64,000 nt of DNA. Origin: Gaiellaceae bacterium. GTDB taxonomy: Bacteria > Actinomycetota > Thermoleophilia > Gaiellales > Gaiellaceae. Of this stretch, positions 47,546 to 58,391 are shown in pieces. The DNA is taken from NCBI GenBank assembly GCA_036001625.1, contig DASYUD010000006.1, positions 4,841 through 68,840 of the forward strand, in the 5' to 3' direction. The number at the start of each line of letters is the position of its first letter. Position 1 is the first letter of the stretch. A program made the translations under genes and the position numbers. The notes beneath the pieces were generated by a model. That model was not told where the DNA came from, did not search any database, and saw only the letters and a list, made by a program, of their open reading frames with translations.

Positions 47546-48757
47546 TCAGCCGGCCTGCGTCTTGGCAGGTCCGTTGCCTCGAAGCTGGCGCGCAACCCCG
47601 TAGTCGCTCTGCTCGCGCTCAAGCCATTCGGCGAGGAACGGTTCGATGATGCAAAGGTCGCCCTCGCCGTTTCGTCCGACGATCTCCTTCTTGATGAGCG
47701 CGGATAGAGCAATCTGGAGCGTCGGATTACCTGGCAGCTCGCGACGCGAGTGGTATTCGGAGGCGTAGACGCCCGCCGTCGGCTCCTCGCCGAGCGCCAG
47801 CATCAGAAGCCGCTGCGAGTGCGGGGCGTCGTCCCAAAGCTGGGCGAAGTGATTGTGTTCGGATCGTAATACCCGCGTCAGCGCCTCGTTGACCTCAGCG
47901 GCGGTCACCTCTCCGCCAGCAGGTGCGAGCTCCCAGGCGAAGTAGGCGAGCTCCTGCGTCCCGTACGGGTGCCCGCCGGTCGCCACGAACAGGCGGTCGA
48001 GCGCGTCGTCGGTGATCTCCTTGCCGCTCCCCTTGAAGCGGGCCCGGATGAATCCGGCGAACTTCGCCGGGAGAATCATCCCCACCTCGAGCTGCTTGGC
48101 GCTTCGCCAGAACGGCTCGTTCTTGTCGTTGAAGATGCGCTCGAGGATGTGTCGCTTGCTGCCCAGGTAGACGTGGCTGACCTCAGGCTGGGCCTGGAAG
48201 ACAGCACGCATGAGATTTGGGAATTGCTTGTCGAGCGCCAGGATTTCCTGGAACTCGTCGAAGACGATGACCACTCTGCGCTTACGCTCGGCCGCCAGGT
48301 CGCCTAGTTTCTCCAGAAGCCTCTCGATTGTCTCGTCGATGTCCGTCTTCCGGCGACCAGCCTGAAAGCTGAATCGAAGCGTGCCATCGCTCGGGTCCAC
48401 CTCCATCGTCGGACGGACGCGAAGATCGCGGAAGAGCTCCGATGCCTTCTCGAACGCCTGCCCAACCGGTGAGGCGATGTCCGCGTAAATGCTCTTCGCG
48501 AGAGCGGCCGCGAACCGCTCCTTCGTGGGCGTCTTCATCAGGTCGACGTAGCCGACCAATGCCTTCTGGCCCATCGCCTCCTGTGCAGCCCTCAGGACAA
48601 GCGATGACTTGCCGTAGCGCCTTGGGGCGTAGACGAGGACGTTCTGCCCGTTGCGCATGTCTGAGGTTAGCTCGGCGACCTCGTCCTCTCGGTCAGTGAA
48701 GGCCTCGTCAAGTGCGAGGTCGCCGAAGGTGAAGGGGTTCGTCGGGATCTCATGCAT
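47546..48757 (-). CDS. AAA ATPase of the Arch_ATPase (PF01637-like) type with helical/wHTH-like C-terminus
   Basis: Met71 of ORF 47546..48967. FTDREDEVAELTSDMRNGQNVLVYAPRRYGKSSLV, VVIVFDEFQEI. GC visibly lower than the neighbours. Confidence 0.8.
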   Translation of the reverse strand: MHEIPTNPFTFGDLALDEAFTDREDEVAELTSDMRNGQNVLVYAPRRYGKSSLVLRAAQEAMGQKALVGYVDLMKTPTKERFAAALAKSIYADIASPVGQAFEKASELFRDLRVRPTMEVDPSDGTLRFSFQAGRRKTDIDETIERLLEKLGDLAAERKRRVVIVFDEFQEILALDKQFPNLMRAVFQAQPEVSHVYLGSKRHILERIFNDKNEPFWRSAKQLEVGMILPAKFAGFIRARFKGSGKEITDDALDRLFVATGGHPYGTQELAYFAWELAPAGGEVTAAEVNEALTRVLRSEHNHFAQLWDDAPHSQRLLMLALGEEPTAGVYASEYHSRRELPGNPTLQIALSALIKKEIVGRNGEGDLCIIEPFLAEWLEREQSDYGVARQLRGNGPAKTQAG

Positions 48758-48760
48758 CTC

Positions 48761-48864
48761 TACATAATGTATAAGTACATAAGAGCCGGCTTCCCCCCTC
48801 TCCTTTTGCAGAAAGGTGGGTGGCCAGTCCTGATGTATCGATACATAATGTACAGGTACATAAC
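48761..48864 (-). promoter_or_regulatory. AT-rich array of TACAT/ATGTA half-sites (two 23-nt direct repeats plus a 14-nt palindrome)
   Basis: tacataatgtataagtacataag (48761-48783). tacataatgtacaggtacataac (48842-48864). atgtatcgatacat (48833-48846). Ends 3 nt from the ATPase ATG. Confidence 0.6.
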
Positions 48865-48937
48865 GTCTCTCCCGCGACGACTGACACGATCGAGAGTCGG
48901 CCCCAATTACTGGGACTGACGCGTGGACACTCCCAGG

Positions 48938-49009
48938 AGCCGGAGGAGGGATTCGAACCCCCGACACGCGGCTTACAAAGCCGCTGCTCTACCCCTGAGC
49001 TACTCCGGC
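48938..49009 (-). tRNA. tRNA-Thr (anticodon UGU)
   Basis: Manual fold: acceptor GCCGGAG/CTCCGGC, D arm GCTC-AGGGGTA-GAGC, anticodon arm GCGGC-TTTGTAA-GCCGC, T arm GGGGG-TTCGAAT-CCCTC. CCA is not encoded. Confidence 0.85.
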
Positions 49010-49034
49010 GCTCGCCCCATCGTAGGCGAAAAGG

Positions 49035-49703
49035 CTAGTTCAGAACCTGGCGCGAGCGCTGGTGCGCGATGATCTTCCGCTTCACGCGCTGAAGGGCGTT
49101 GTCGATCGTCTTCGTGTCGCAAGCGAGCTCGTCGGCCATCTCCTCGTAGGACGAGCCCTCCAGGTACAGCCGGAGTGCATCCGCCTCGAGCTTCGACAAG
49201 CCCGTCCCGAGACAGAAGATGAGGCTCTGAAGCTCCTCGGTCGAGATCACGCAGGAGGAAGGGTCGTTGACGCTCGGCCCCGGCAGCGCGTCGCCCAAGG
49301 TGCAGTCGCCGTCCCCGTCCTGTCCGGCGGGGGTATGGCTGAACGAGACATAGGTGTTCAGCGGCGCGTGCTTGAAGCGCGTCGCCGTCTTGATCGCGGT
49401 GATGATCTGCCTCGTCACGCAGAGCTCGGCGAAGCTGCGGAACGACGTCTCCTTGTCGGAGCGGAAGTCGCGCATCGCCTTGTAGAGCCCGATCAGGCCC
49501 TCCTGCACGAGGTCCTCGGCGTCTCCGCCGGCGAGGAAGTACGAGCTTGCCTTCAGCCGGACGAACCCGGTGTAGCGGCGAATGAGCGCGTCGAGTGCGG
49601 CCTCGTCGCCGTTCCGCGCCCGCACGACGAGCTGAAGATCCTCGAGCTCTCGCTGCGCCTTGTGTGGGGCGCGAGGAGCAGCGGCTGGGCGGACGGCGGC
49701 CAT
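49035..49703 (-). CDS. sigH: RNA polymerase sigma factor of the Bacillus SigH (Spo0H) type
   Basis: FAELCVTRQIITAIKTATRFKHAPLN and TIDNALQRVKRKI match remembered B. subtilis SigH motifs (FAELCITRQIITAIKTATRQKH; IDNALQRVKRK). Position after rlmB-yacP is as in Bacillus. Confidence 0.8.
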   Translation of the reverse strand: MAAVRPAAAPRAPHKAQRELEDLQLVVRARNGDEAALDALIRRYTGFVRLKASSYFLAGGDAEDLVQEGLIGLYKAMRDFRSDKETSFRSFAELCVTRQIITAIKTATRFKHAPLNTYVSFSHTPAGQDGDGDCTLGDALPGPSVNDPSSCVISTEELQSLIFCLGTGLSKLEADALRLYLEGSSYEEMADELACDTKTIDNALQRVKRKIIAHQRSRQVLN

Positions 49704-49782
49704 ATGTCGAGAGAATCCGAGGGCGGAGCCGCGAGTCGAGTACAGCGGGGCCGACTTGCAATCTCACCCTTAACTTGAGGGC

Positions 49783-49811
49783 AAGATAGCAACTAATGCA
49801 AGAGATTACAA
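49783..49811 (-). promoter_or_regulatory. candidate promoter for sigH in an AT-rich spacer
   Basis: Minus strand: TTGTAA, 17 nt spacer, TATCTT. Confidence 0.3.
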
Positions 49812-49834
49812 GCGAACTGCAAAGGTCCCGTTTC

Positions 49835-50281
49835 TTATGGACCCTGCCAGGGCTCGCCCCGCCGTAGCCGCTCGAGCCGTTCGCGTGTCTCTGGGTCGAG
49901 CTTGTCCTCGACGCGCATCGGCCGCCCCTCCTTGTGGCCCACGAGCTCGAAGTCCCGGGCGAAGGTCGTCGAGGAGAGCTTCATCACCTCCTGGCCGGAC
50001 GTCCCGCGAACCGCCGAGTCAGACGAGACGAGGCAGACGCGCTCCCGGTCGCGGTGCTCGGCGGCGAGCCGCTCGAGGAGCGTGTCGGCGTTCTCCGCGA
50101 AGCGAACCTCGAGCGGCCCGTAGCTCACGTCCTCCCCGCTCCCGTCGAAGACGAGAACGCCACGGGCGCCGCGCTCCGCGACAAAGCTAGCCAGCTTGTC
50201 CACGAGCTCGCGCGAATCGTCGAAGCCGCTTGCGTGCAAGAGGTTGAACCCGTCGAATAGGTAGAGAGACGGCTCAGGCAC
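49835..50281 (-). CDS. yacP: NYN-domain ribonuclease (YacP/Rae1-like)
   Basis: LYLFDGFNLLHASG, GVLVFDG, 148 aa. Confidence 0.8.
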   Translation of the reverse strand: MPEPSLYLFDGFNLLHASGFDDSRELVDKLASFVAERGARGVLVFDGSGEDVSYGPLEVRFAENADTLLERLAAEHRDRERVCLVSSDSAVRGTSGQEVMKLSSTTFARDFELVGHKEGRPMRVEDKLDPETRERLERLRRGEPWQGP

Positions 50282-50974
50282 GCTGCCGCCTCGCCTCGTA
50301 CAACAACACCGCGGCGGCCACGCTCACGTTCAGAGACTCGACGCTTCCGACCAGCGGAATCGAGATTAGCTCGTCGCAGGTCCGCCGCACGAGGGGGCGC
50401 AGGCCCCTGCCCTCCGCACCGAAGACGAACGCGACCCCGCCCGAGAGATCGGTCTCCCACATCGGCTTCGCAGCCCCGCCGGCAGCGCCGTACACCCAGA
50501 GGTCGGCGCCCTTCACCTCGGTCAGGTACCGCGCGAGGTTCTGCACGACCGCAAGCCGGACGTGCTCGACCGCGCCGGCGGACGCGCGGCAGACCGCCGC
50601 CGTCACCCGGGCCGATCCGTGCGCCGGCACGACGACGCCGGTGGCGCCCGCCCCCTCCGCGCTCCGGCAGACCGCGCCGAGGTTGCGCGGGTCGGTGACG
50701 CGGTCGAGACAGACGAGCAGCGGCCGCTCGGCGGCGGCGAGCTCGTAGCCGTCGGCGTAGCGATACGGCTCGCAGTAGGCGAGGACACCCTGGTGATCCC
50801 GCGTCCCGGCCGCATCGGTCAAGTCACGCTCGGCCTTGACGTGGACGCGGGGGCCGCCGTCGCGAAGCCACGGCTCGGCCGCCAGCGCCCGCTCGCTCGC
50901 CCAGAGCTCGCGCACCGCGCGCCGGCCGCGCAGCGCCTCGCGCACCGCCCGCCGGCCGTAGACCTGGTCGGCGG

Positions 50975-50978
<4 letters not shown>
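50274..50978 (-). CDS. rlmB: 23S rRNA 2'-O-methyltransferase (SpoU/TrmH family, RlmB-like)
   Basis: VYGRRAVREAL, LVCLDRVTDPRNLGAVCRSAEGAG, IPLVGSVESLNVSVAAAVLLYE. Confidence 0.85.
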
Positions 50979-52250
<1,272 letters not shown>

Positions 52251-52264
<14 letters not shown>

Positions 52265-53237
52265 CGATCCTCCGCACGGCCTCGTCGCGGGGCAGCGCGG
52301 CGACGATCGCCCAGAGCTCGGGACCCCGCTCGCGCCCGGTCAGCGCAAGCCTGAGCGCCCGCAGGTCGCCGCCGACGGCCTTCAGTTCGCGCACGATCTC
52401 CTTCGGCTTGGCGCCGTTCGTTCGCAGCTCCTTGAAGCGCTCGAGCGTCGGGCGAGCGTCCTCTCCGAGTGAGACCGGCTCCGGCTCGAGCACCTGCCGC
52501 GCGTACTCGTGCGCCTCGGCCAGGTCGCGCGCACCCCGCAGAGCAGGGGCGAGCTCGACCGGTGCGCCGGCACGCTCCGCTAGCTCCTCGTCGGACATGG
52601 CCGCGATCGCCTCGATCGCAAGGCGGCGGATCCGCGCGAGGTCGTAGTGGACGTCGTGCCTGGGAATGCCCAGCTCCTCCAGGTACGTCCGCACCGCAGA
52701 GGCGGGGATCCCGGCCTCGCGCAATGAGGCGACCGTGGCGCCGAAGGCCCGCTTCGACAGCTTGCGGCCGTCCTCGCCGAGGATGAGGCCGTGGTGGACG
52801 TACTCGGGCGACTTCGCTCCGAGCGCCTCGGTTAGCTCGCGGTGCAACTGCTCGTTCGGACGGTGGTCGTTGCCGCGAACGACGTGCGTGATCCCGAACT
52901 CGACGTCGTCGACGACACTCGCAAGGTGGTACGTCGCCGTGCCGTCCTCTCGGATGAGCGTGATCTTCCCGAAGCGCTCGCCGCCGAGCCGCTCGGCCGC
53001 CGCCCGGTAGACGTTCTGCCGCTCGCTCTGCCGCACCGGCCCCTCGTCCCAGCTCACTCCGAGCCACTCGAGATCGCGCACGATCTCCTCCTCGCCGCCG
53101 GGGACGTTGCGCAGTGGATCAGTGTCGTCGATCCGGAGCAGCAGCCAGTCGCCGAGCCCCCGGTTGGCGACGGCGCTCAGCGCGTTGCCGACGTGCAGCG
53201 AGCCCGTCGGGCTAGGTGCGAAGCGGACGCGCGACAT
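52251..53237 (-). CDS. gltX: glutamyl-tRNA synthetase family protein, unusually short (328 aa)
   Basis: RFAPSPTGSLHVGNA, TYHLASVVDD, ITHVVRGNDH, RKLSKR. C-terminal LRLALTGRERGPELWAIVAAL. Confidence 0.75.
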
Positions 53238-53263
53238 TCTGCTCTGAATCTACACTCGACCTC

Positions 53264-53914
53264 ATGCGGATCGGTGTTCTCGGGACGGGCAATGTCGGAA
53301 AGGCGATCGCGACCAGGCTCGTCGGGCTCGGGAACGAGGTGACGATCGGCTCGCGGACGGCTGACAACGAGCGAGCGGCGGAGTGGGTCGCGGCGACGGG
53401 CGCCGGGGCGAGCCAGGGCACCTTCGCCGACGCGGCGGCCTTCGGCGAGCTCGTCTTCAACTGCACGGCAGGGATGGTCTCGCTTGAGGCCCTGAGCGCG
53501 GCCGGCGCGGAAAACCTTGCGGGAAAGATCCTGATCGACGTCTCCAACCCGTTCGACTTCTCCCAGGGCTTCCCGCCGACGCTCGGCATCTGCAACACCG
53601 ACAGCCTCGGCGAGCAGATCCAGGCCGCCTTCCCCGAGACGCGCGTCGTGAAGACGCTGAACACGATGAACCATTTGCTCATGGTCGAGCCGACCAGAGC
53701 TCCCGGCGAGCACGAGGTCTTCGTCGCCGGCAACGACGAGGAGGCGAAGGCCGAGGTGGGCGAGCTCCTCCGGGCCTTCGGGTGGGGGCCGGAGCGGATC
53801 ATCGATCTCGGGGACATCTCCGGGGCGCGCGGGGCCGAGATGTACACGGTTCTGTGGCTGCGGCTCATGCGCGCCGTCGACACGCTCGACTTCAACATCA
53901 AGGTCGTCCACTAA
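53264..53914 (+). CDS. NADP oxidoreductase, coenzyme F420-dependent family (NpdG-like)
   Basis: MRIGVLGTGNVGKAIATRL, Rossmann N-terminus, ~216 aa. Confidence 0.7.
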   Translation: MRIGVLGTGNVGKAIATRLVGLGNEVTIGSRTADNERAAEWVAATGAGASQGTFADAAAFGELVFNCTAGMVSLEALSAAGAENLAGKILIDVSNPFDFSQGFPPTLGICNTDSLGEQIQAAFPETRVVKTLNTMNHLLMVEPTRAPGEHEVFVAGNDEEAKAEVGELLRAFGWGPERIIDLGDISGARGAEMYTVLWLRLMRAVDTLDFNIKVVH

Positions 53915-54636
53915 TCGAACGCGAGCTTCTGGCCTGGTTCTCCGAGCACGGCCGCGACCTGCCGTGGCGGCGGACGGGCGACCCCTACGCGATCCTCGTC
54001 TCCGAGGTCATGCTCCAGCAGACCCAGGTGGCGCGGGTCGTCCCGCGCTACCGCGCCTTCCTCGCGCGTTGGCCGACCGTCGAGACGCTCGCAGCAGCGA
54101 GCCCGGGCGAGGTGATCCGCGAGTGGCAGGGCCTCGGCTACAACCGCCGAGCCCTCAACCTCCATCGCGCCGCCTGTCTCATCGCCGCCGACGGCTGGCC
54201 GGAAGACTTGACCGACCTGCCCGGTGTCGGGCGCTACACGGCGGACGCTGTCGCGCGGTTCGCCTTCGGGCGCGACGTGCTGCCCATCGACACGAATGTC
54301 ACGCGCGTTCTCGTGCGCACGGGCGGCAGCTTCAGCCCGGATTGCGCGCACGCGCTGATGGACCTCGGGGCGACGGTCTGCCTGGCGCGCGTGCCGCGCT
54401 GCGGCCTCTGCCCGCTTGCGGCAACCTGCCCCTCGCGCGGCCGGCGCTACGAGCCACAGCGTCGACAGTCGCGATTCGAGGGCTCGTTCCGGCAACGCCG
54501 TGCGCGCACGCTGCGCCGGGTCGCGGCCAGGCCGCGACGAGCTGCCGAGCTCGACGCCGAGGCCCTCTCCTCCCTCGCCGCCGACGGATTGGTGCAGGTT
54601 CGGAGAGGTTTCGCGGCCTTGCCCGACGACATGTAA
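53914..54636 (+). CDS. HhH-GPD adenine glycosylase (MutY-like, no NUDIX-like C-domain); start unresolved (ATC 53914 or GTG 53857)
   Basis: LLAWFSEHGRDLPWRRTGDPYAILVSEVMLQQTQV, GLGYNRRA, LPGVGRYTA. FCL cluster CLARVPRCGLCPLAATC. The TAATC junction overlaps the upstream stop. Confidence 0.75.
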   Translation: MERELLAWFSEHGRDLPWRRTGDPYAILVSEVMLQQTQVARVVPRYRAFLARWPTVETLAAASPGEVIREWQGLGYNRRALNLHRAACLIAADGWPEDLTDLPGVGRYTADAVARFAFGRDVLPIDTNVTRVLVRTGGSFSPDCAHALMDLGATVCLARVPRCGLCPLAATCPSRGRRYEPQRRQSRFEGSFRQRRARTLRRVAARPRRAAELDAEALSSLAADGLVQVRRGFAALPDDM

Positions 54637-54693
54637 CCGGCTGTTAAGCCCGGGGCGCGTAGCGTCGTCGGCAAGCCAATGAAAGGAGTAGAT

Positions 54694-55359
54694 ATGCGTC
54701 GCATCGCCCAGGGCGCGCTCCTCATGCTCGTTGGAGCCGCCTTGCTCATCCCCGCAGCCGAGGGCTCGGGCACGAGGGCGCGGAAGACGTGGCAGGTGAC
54801 GATCACGAACCTGACACCGGCGGGGTCCCAGCCCCTCTCGCCGCCGCTCCTCGTCGTCCATTCCAACCGAGCTGACGTCTGGAGCGTGGGTACGATCGCA
54901 ACACATCCGGTGGCGGCGATCGCCGAGGACGCCAACAACGCGCCCGCAGAATCTGCACTCACCGGATATCCAGGCGTGCTTAGCGTGCGGACCGGCGAAG
55001 GAGGCCCGATCCCTCCCGGAGCAACCCGCACGTTCACGATCCAGTCGCGAGGCAAGTTCAATCGTCTCACGATCCTCACGATGCTCGTGAACACGAACGA
55101 CGGGTTCACCGGCCTCGACTCGATGCACCTCCGCGGCCGGGGCTTCACGCGCTCCACCAACGCCTACGACGGGGGGAGCGAGCGCAACAACGAGCTCATC
55201 GCCTTCATCCCGGGCCCGTGCTGCAACCATCCGTTCGTGCGGGATCCGGAAGGAGCGGTAATCCGTATGCACGAAGGGATCACAGGTCGCGGCGACCTCA
55301 ACCCGGCCGTCTACGGCTGGACTGGGCTCGTCGCCCGCATCCAGGTCTCGCGCGGGTGA
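54694..55359 (+). CDS. secreted spondin_N-like domain protein
   Basis: AAGGAG lies 5 nt before the ATG. Signal MRRIAQGALLMLVGAALLIPAAEG. TITNLTPAGSQPLSPPLLVVH, AEDANN, MLVNTNDGFTGL. Confidence 0.65.
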   Translation: MRRIAQGALLMLVGAALLIPAAEGSGTRARKTWQVTITNLTPAGSQPLSPPLLVVHSNRADVWSVGTIATHPVAAIAEDANNAPAESALTGYPGVLSVRTGEGGPIPPGATRTFTIQSRGKFNRLTILTMLVNTNDGFTGLDSMHLRGRGFTRSTNAYDGGSERNNELIAFIPGPCCNHPFVRDPEGAVIRMHEGITGRGDLNPAVYGWTGLVARIQVSRG

Positions 55360-55445
55360 TCTTCACGGCACAGGGGCAGGCACCCTCCGCCCGCCCCTGT
55401 GCCGAATTCAGGCTCTCTTAACGCCTTCTGCACGAGAATGAGCGT

Positions 55446-56123
55446 ATGACCACGGTCCTCGTCGTTGACGACGAGCCGACGATCCGCGAGATCGTCGTCG
55501 GCTACCTCGCGCGCGAGGGATACCGCACGCTCGAGGCGGCGGACGGCGACCGCGCTCGCGAGCTGCTCGAGCGTGACCGCCCGGACCTCGTAGTCCTCGA
55601 CGTGATGCTGCCCGGTACGGACGGGCTCGAGCTCTGCCGCTGGATCCGTTCGAGCTCCCGCCTTCCCGTGATCATGCTGACTGCTCGCGGAGAGGAGTCC
55701 GACCGCATCGTCGGCCTCGAGCTCGGCGCCGACGATTACGTCACGAAGCCGTTCTCGCCGCGGGAGCTGGTCGCACGCGTTCGCACGGTGCTCCGCCGCG
55801 CCGAGCCGGAGGTCGGCACACAGGAGCGCCTCTCGTTCGACGGTCTCGAGATCGACTCCGCGACCCGCGAGGTGACGAGGGGCCACGAGCCGCTGCGCCT
55901 GACGGCGCGCGAGTTCGACCTGCTGTGGTTCCTCGCCAGCCACCCGCGCCGCGTCTTCTCGCGCGACCACCTCATGCGCCGCGTCTGGGGCTACTCGGCC
56001 GCGCTCGACACCGGTACCGTCACGGTCCACATGCGGCGGCTGCGCGAGAAGATTGAGGACGACCCCTCCCGCCCGCGCCGCCTGGAGACGGTCTGGGGCG
56101 TCGGCTACCGGTTCACGCCGTGA
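55446..56123 (+). CDS. OmpR/PhoB-family response regulator
   Basis: VLVVDDEPTIRE, LVVLDVMLPGTDG, GADDYVTKPF, VWGVGYRF. Confidence 0.95.
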   Translation: MTTVLVVDDEPTIREIVVGYLAREGYRTLEAADGDRARELLERDRPDLVVLDVMLPGTDGLELCRWIRSSSRLPVIMLTARGEESDRIVGLELGADDYVTKPFSPRELVARVRTVLRRAEPEVGTQERLSFDGLEIDSATREVTRGHEPLRLTAREFDLLWFLASHPRRVFSRDHLMRRVWGYSAALDTGTVTVHMRRLREKIEDDPSRPRRLETVWGVGYRFTP

Positions 56124-57193
56124 TCCTGCTCGCCCTCCTCGTGACGCTCGCGACGCTCTGCGTCGGCCTCACCGTCGCGCTCGGGCTGAGGCTGCTGCCA
56201 ACCGTGCGGCTCCAGCTCGCCGGGCTCGCATTTCTCGCGGTCGTCCTGCCGCTATCCGCCGTCCTCTTGTCCGGGTGGGTCATGTTCCACATGGGCGACG
56301 ACGTGAAGATCCTGGCCGTCGCGGCGGCGTCCGCATCGGCCGCAGTGATCGCGGCCCTCGTCCTCGCGCGCTCGATCGCACGGGGGATCGATCGGCTGCG
56401 GGCCTCATCCGCCGCGCTCGCCGCCGGCGACCTCGGCGCTCGAGCCTCCGAGCACGGCCCGGCCGAGCTGGCCGAGCTCGCTCGCTCGTTCAACGAGATG
56501 GCGGCGAACCTCGCACGACTCTTCGACGCACGGCGCGAGCTCGTCGCGTGGGCGAGCCACGACCTGCGGACGCCGATCGCGGCGCTCCAGGCGATGCTCG
56601 AGGCCGTCGAGGACGGGCTGGCCGAGCCCGCGCGGTACCTGCCCGCGATGCACGAGCAGGTACGGGTCCTGGGACGGCTCGTCGAAGACCTGTTCGAGCT
56701 CGCCCGCATCGACGCGGGCGTGTTGACGCTCGAGCTGCGCGAAGCGGAGCTCGCAGGGCTCGTCGAGTCGTGCGTCCGGGGCCTCGAGGCGGAGGCGCAG
56801 GCCCGTCACGTTCAGGTCGAAGCCCGGGTGGAGAACGGCGCCCGTGCGCGCTGCGAGCCCGAGAAGGTGGAGCGCGTCCTCTACAACCTGCTCACGAACG
56901 CCCTGCGACACACACCCTCGGACGGGTCGGTCGCCGTCCTGGTCGAACCGCGGCCGGACGAGGTACAGGTCACGGTCGAGGACAGCGGCGAGGGCCTTGC
57001 GCCGGAGGCGGCCTCCCGCATGTTCGAGCGCTTCTGGCGCGGGGATCCGGCGCGCACGAGCGGAGAGGCCGGTGCGGGACTCGGGCTCGCGATCGCGCGT
57101 GGTCTCGTGGAGGCGCACGGTGGCCGGATCTGGGCGGAGAGCCGGCCCGAGGGCGGCACCCGGGTCTCGTTCACGCTTCCGGCCGCCGCCTAA
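56120..57193 (+). CDS. sensor histidine kinase (2 TM, HAMP, HisKA, HATPase_c)
   Basis: WASHDLRTPIAAL, NLLTNALRHT, DSGEGL, GAGLGLAIARGLVEAHGG. GTGA overlap with the response regulator gene. Confidence 0.95.
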   Translation: MILLALLVTLATLCVGLTVALGLRLLPTVRLQLAGLAFLAVVLPLSAVLLSGWVMFHMGDDVKILAVAAASASAAVIAALVLARSIARGIDRLRASSAALAAGDLGARASEHGPAELAELARSFNEMAANLARLFDARRELVAWASHDLRTPIAALQAMLEAVEDGLAEPARYLPAMHEQVRVLGRLVEDLFELARIDAGVLTLELREAELAGLVESCVRGLEAEAQARHVQVEARVENGARARCEPEKVERVLYNLLTNALRHTPSDGSVAVLVEPRPDEVQVTVEDSGEGLAPEAASRMFERFWRGDPARTSGEAGAGLGLAIARGLVEAHGGRIWAESRPEGGTRVSFTLPAAA

Positions 57194-57912
57194 TCCAGGT
57201 CGTGCACCACCCAGACGTTCGGCTCGACGTGCCGGCCGATCCCGTTGCGAACGTCGACCGGAGCAAGGGCGCCGGGGATGACGTAGAGGCCGTCCTCGGG
57301 TAGGCGCATCCCCGTCCACTCCTCCCAGTCCGCGACCGGAGCCTCGATCGTCATCGACTCCGGAGCCGCGGCGAAGATCCGCCCGCCCACGCGCTCGTGG
57401 ATACGGAGCCACGGATCGAAGTGCGATCCGTCGTCGCGCCGCCAGTTCATGTAGCGCTCGATCGAGATCAGCGAGTACTGCGCCTTCAGCGTCGGGCGGA
57501 CGGGCGCGGCCAACCGGTCCAGGCCCGCCTGCCGGCCGGCGTCGCGCATCGCGTTGATCATCCGCGAGGAGAGCCGCGCCCCCTGCCGCTCGGGCAGGAC
57601 CGAGATCGCCAGCGCGAAGAGCGCAGTCGGCGCACGCCGGCTCTCGAATGCGCGCGGGAAGATGTCGTCCCAGCCGGGCGGGAGGTCGTCGAGGCTCCCG
57701 TCCCACGCCGCCGGCAGGGAGTGCAGCTCGGCGACGAGCTCATCGCCGTCCAGTAGCGCGAGCTGGAAGTCCGGGTACTTCTCGTAGAGGCGGCTCCAGT
57801 AGAGGGGTCCCGACTGGTTGTGATGCATGTACTCCGGGAAAGTTCGCTGCGATAGGCGGTCGTAGCGGATTTCCCGAAGGTCGGGTCGATCGGCGTAGCG
57901 AACGAGGTTCAT
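57190..57912 (-). CDS. conserved protein, possibly GNAT-fold acyltransferase (tentative)
   Basis: Met240 of ORF 57190..58629: MNLVRYADRPDLREI...DPWLRIHERVGG. ATGA overlap with the ispF stop. Confidence 0.6.
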   Translation of the reverse strand: MNLVRYADRPDLREIRYDRLSQRTFPEYMHHNQSGPLYWSRLYEKYPDFQLALLDGDELVAELHSLPAAWDGSLDDLPPGWDDIFPRAFESRRAPTALFALAISVLPERQGARLSSRMINAMRDAGRQAGLDRLAAPVRPTLKAQYSLISIERYMNWRRDDGSHFDPWLRIHERVGGRIFAAAPESMTIEAPVADWEEWTGMRLPEDGLYVIPGALAPVDVRNGIGRHVEPNVWVVHDLD

Positions 57913-58391
57913 GCCCGACGGAGGAGCGCGACAGCCAATGCGGCGAGGCCCTCGCCCCGGCCGGTGAAGCCGAGCTCGTCGGTCGTCGTCGCGCGGACGG
58001 TCACGCGGTCGATGTCGACGCCCATGGCGCCTGCGAGCCGGGCGCCCATGGCCACTCGCAGCTCGGCGATACGCGGCCGCTCGCCGATCAGGACGCAGTC
58101 CGCGTTGACGAGCTCGAAGCCGGCGGCCCGGACGACCTCGTACGTCCGCTGGAGCAGGCGAATCGAGGAGACGTCGCGCCACTGCGGGTCGACCGAGGGG
58201 AAGAGCTCGCCGATGTCGCCCTTTCCGGCCGCGCCGAGGATCGCATCGATCAGCGCGTGCGAGATGACGTCGCCGTCCGAGTGGCCCGCGAGGCCGGGCT
58301 CGCCCGGGAAGTCGACGCCGGCGAGAACGAGCGGTATCCCCTCGGCGAACCGGTGCGCGTCGACGCCGAGGCCGATGCGGAGATCGCTCAC
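57909..58391 (-). CDS. ispF: 2-C-methyl-D-erythritol 2,4-cyclodiphosphate synthase
   Basis: RIGLGVDAHRF, GHSDGDVISHALIDAILGA. GTGA overlap with the upstream stop. Confidence 0.9.
   Translation of the reverse strand: MSDLRIGLGVDAHRFAEGIPLVLAGVDFPGEPGLAGHSDGDVISHALIDAILGAAGKGDIGELFPSVDPQWRDVSSIRLLQRTYEVVRAAGFELVNADCVLIGERPRIAELRVAMGARLAGAMGVDIDRVTVRATTTDELGFTGRGEGLAALAVALLRRA

Noticed and set aside
47394-49009. Integrated prophage or ICE at tRNA-Thr
   Set aside because: There is no integrase, excisionase or phage gene. I found only a weak resemblance (ccaggag...) to the tRNA 3' end near 47480, not a convincing att duplicate. It was kept only as a one-gene islet hypothesis.
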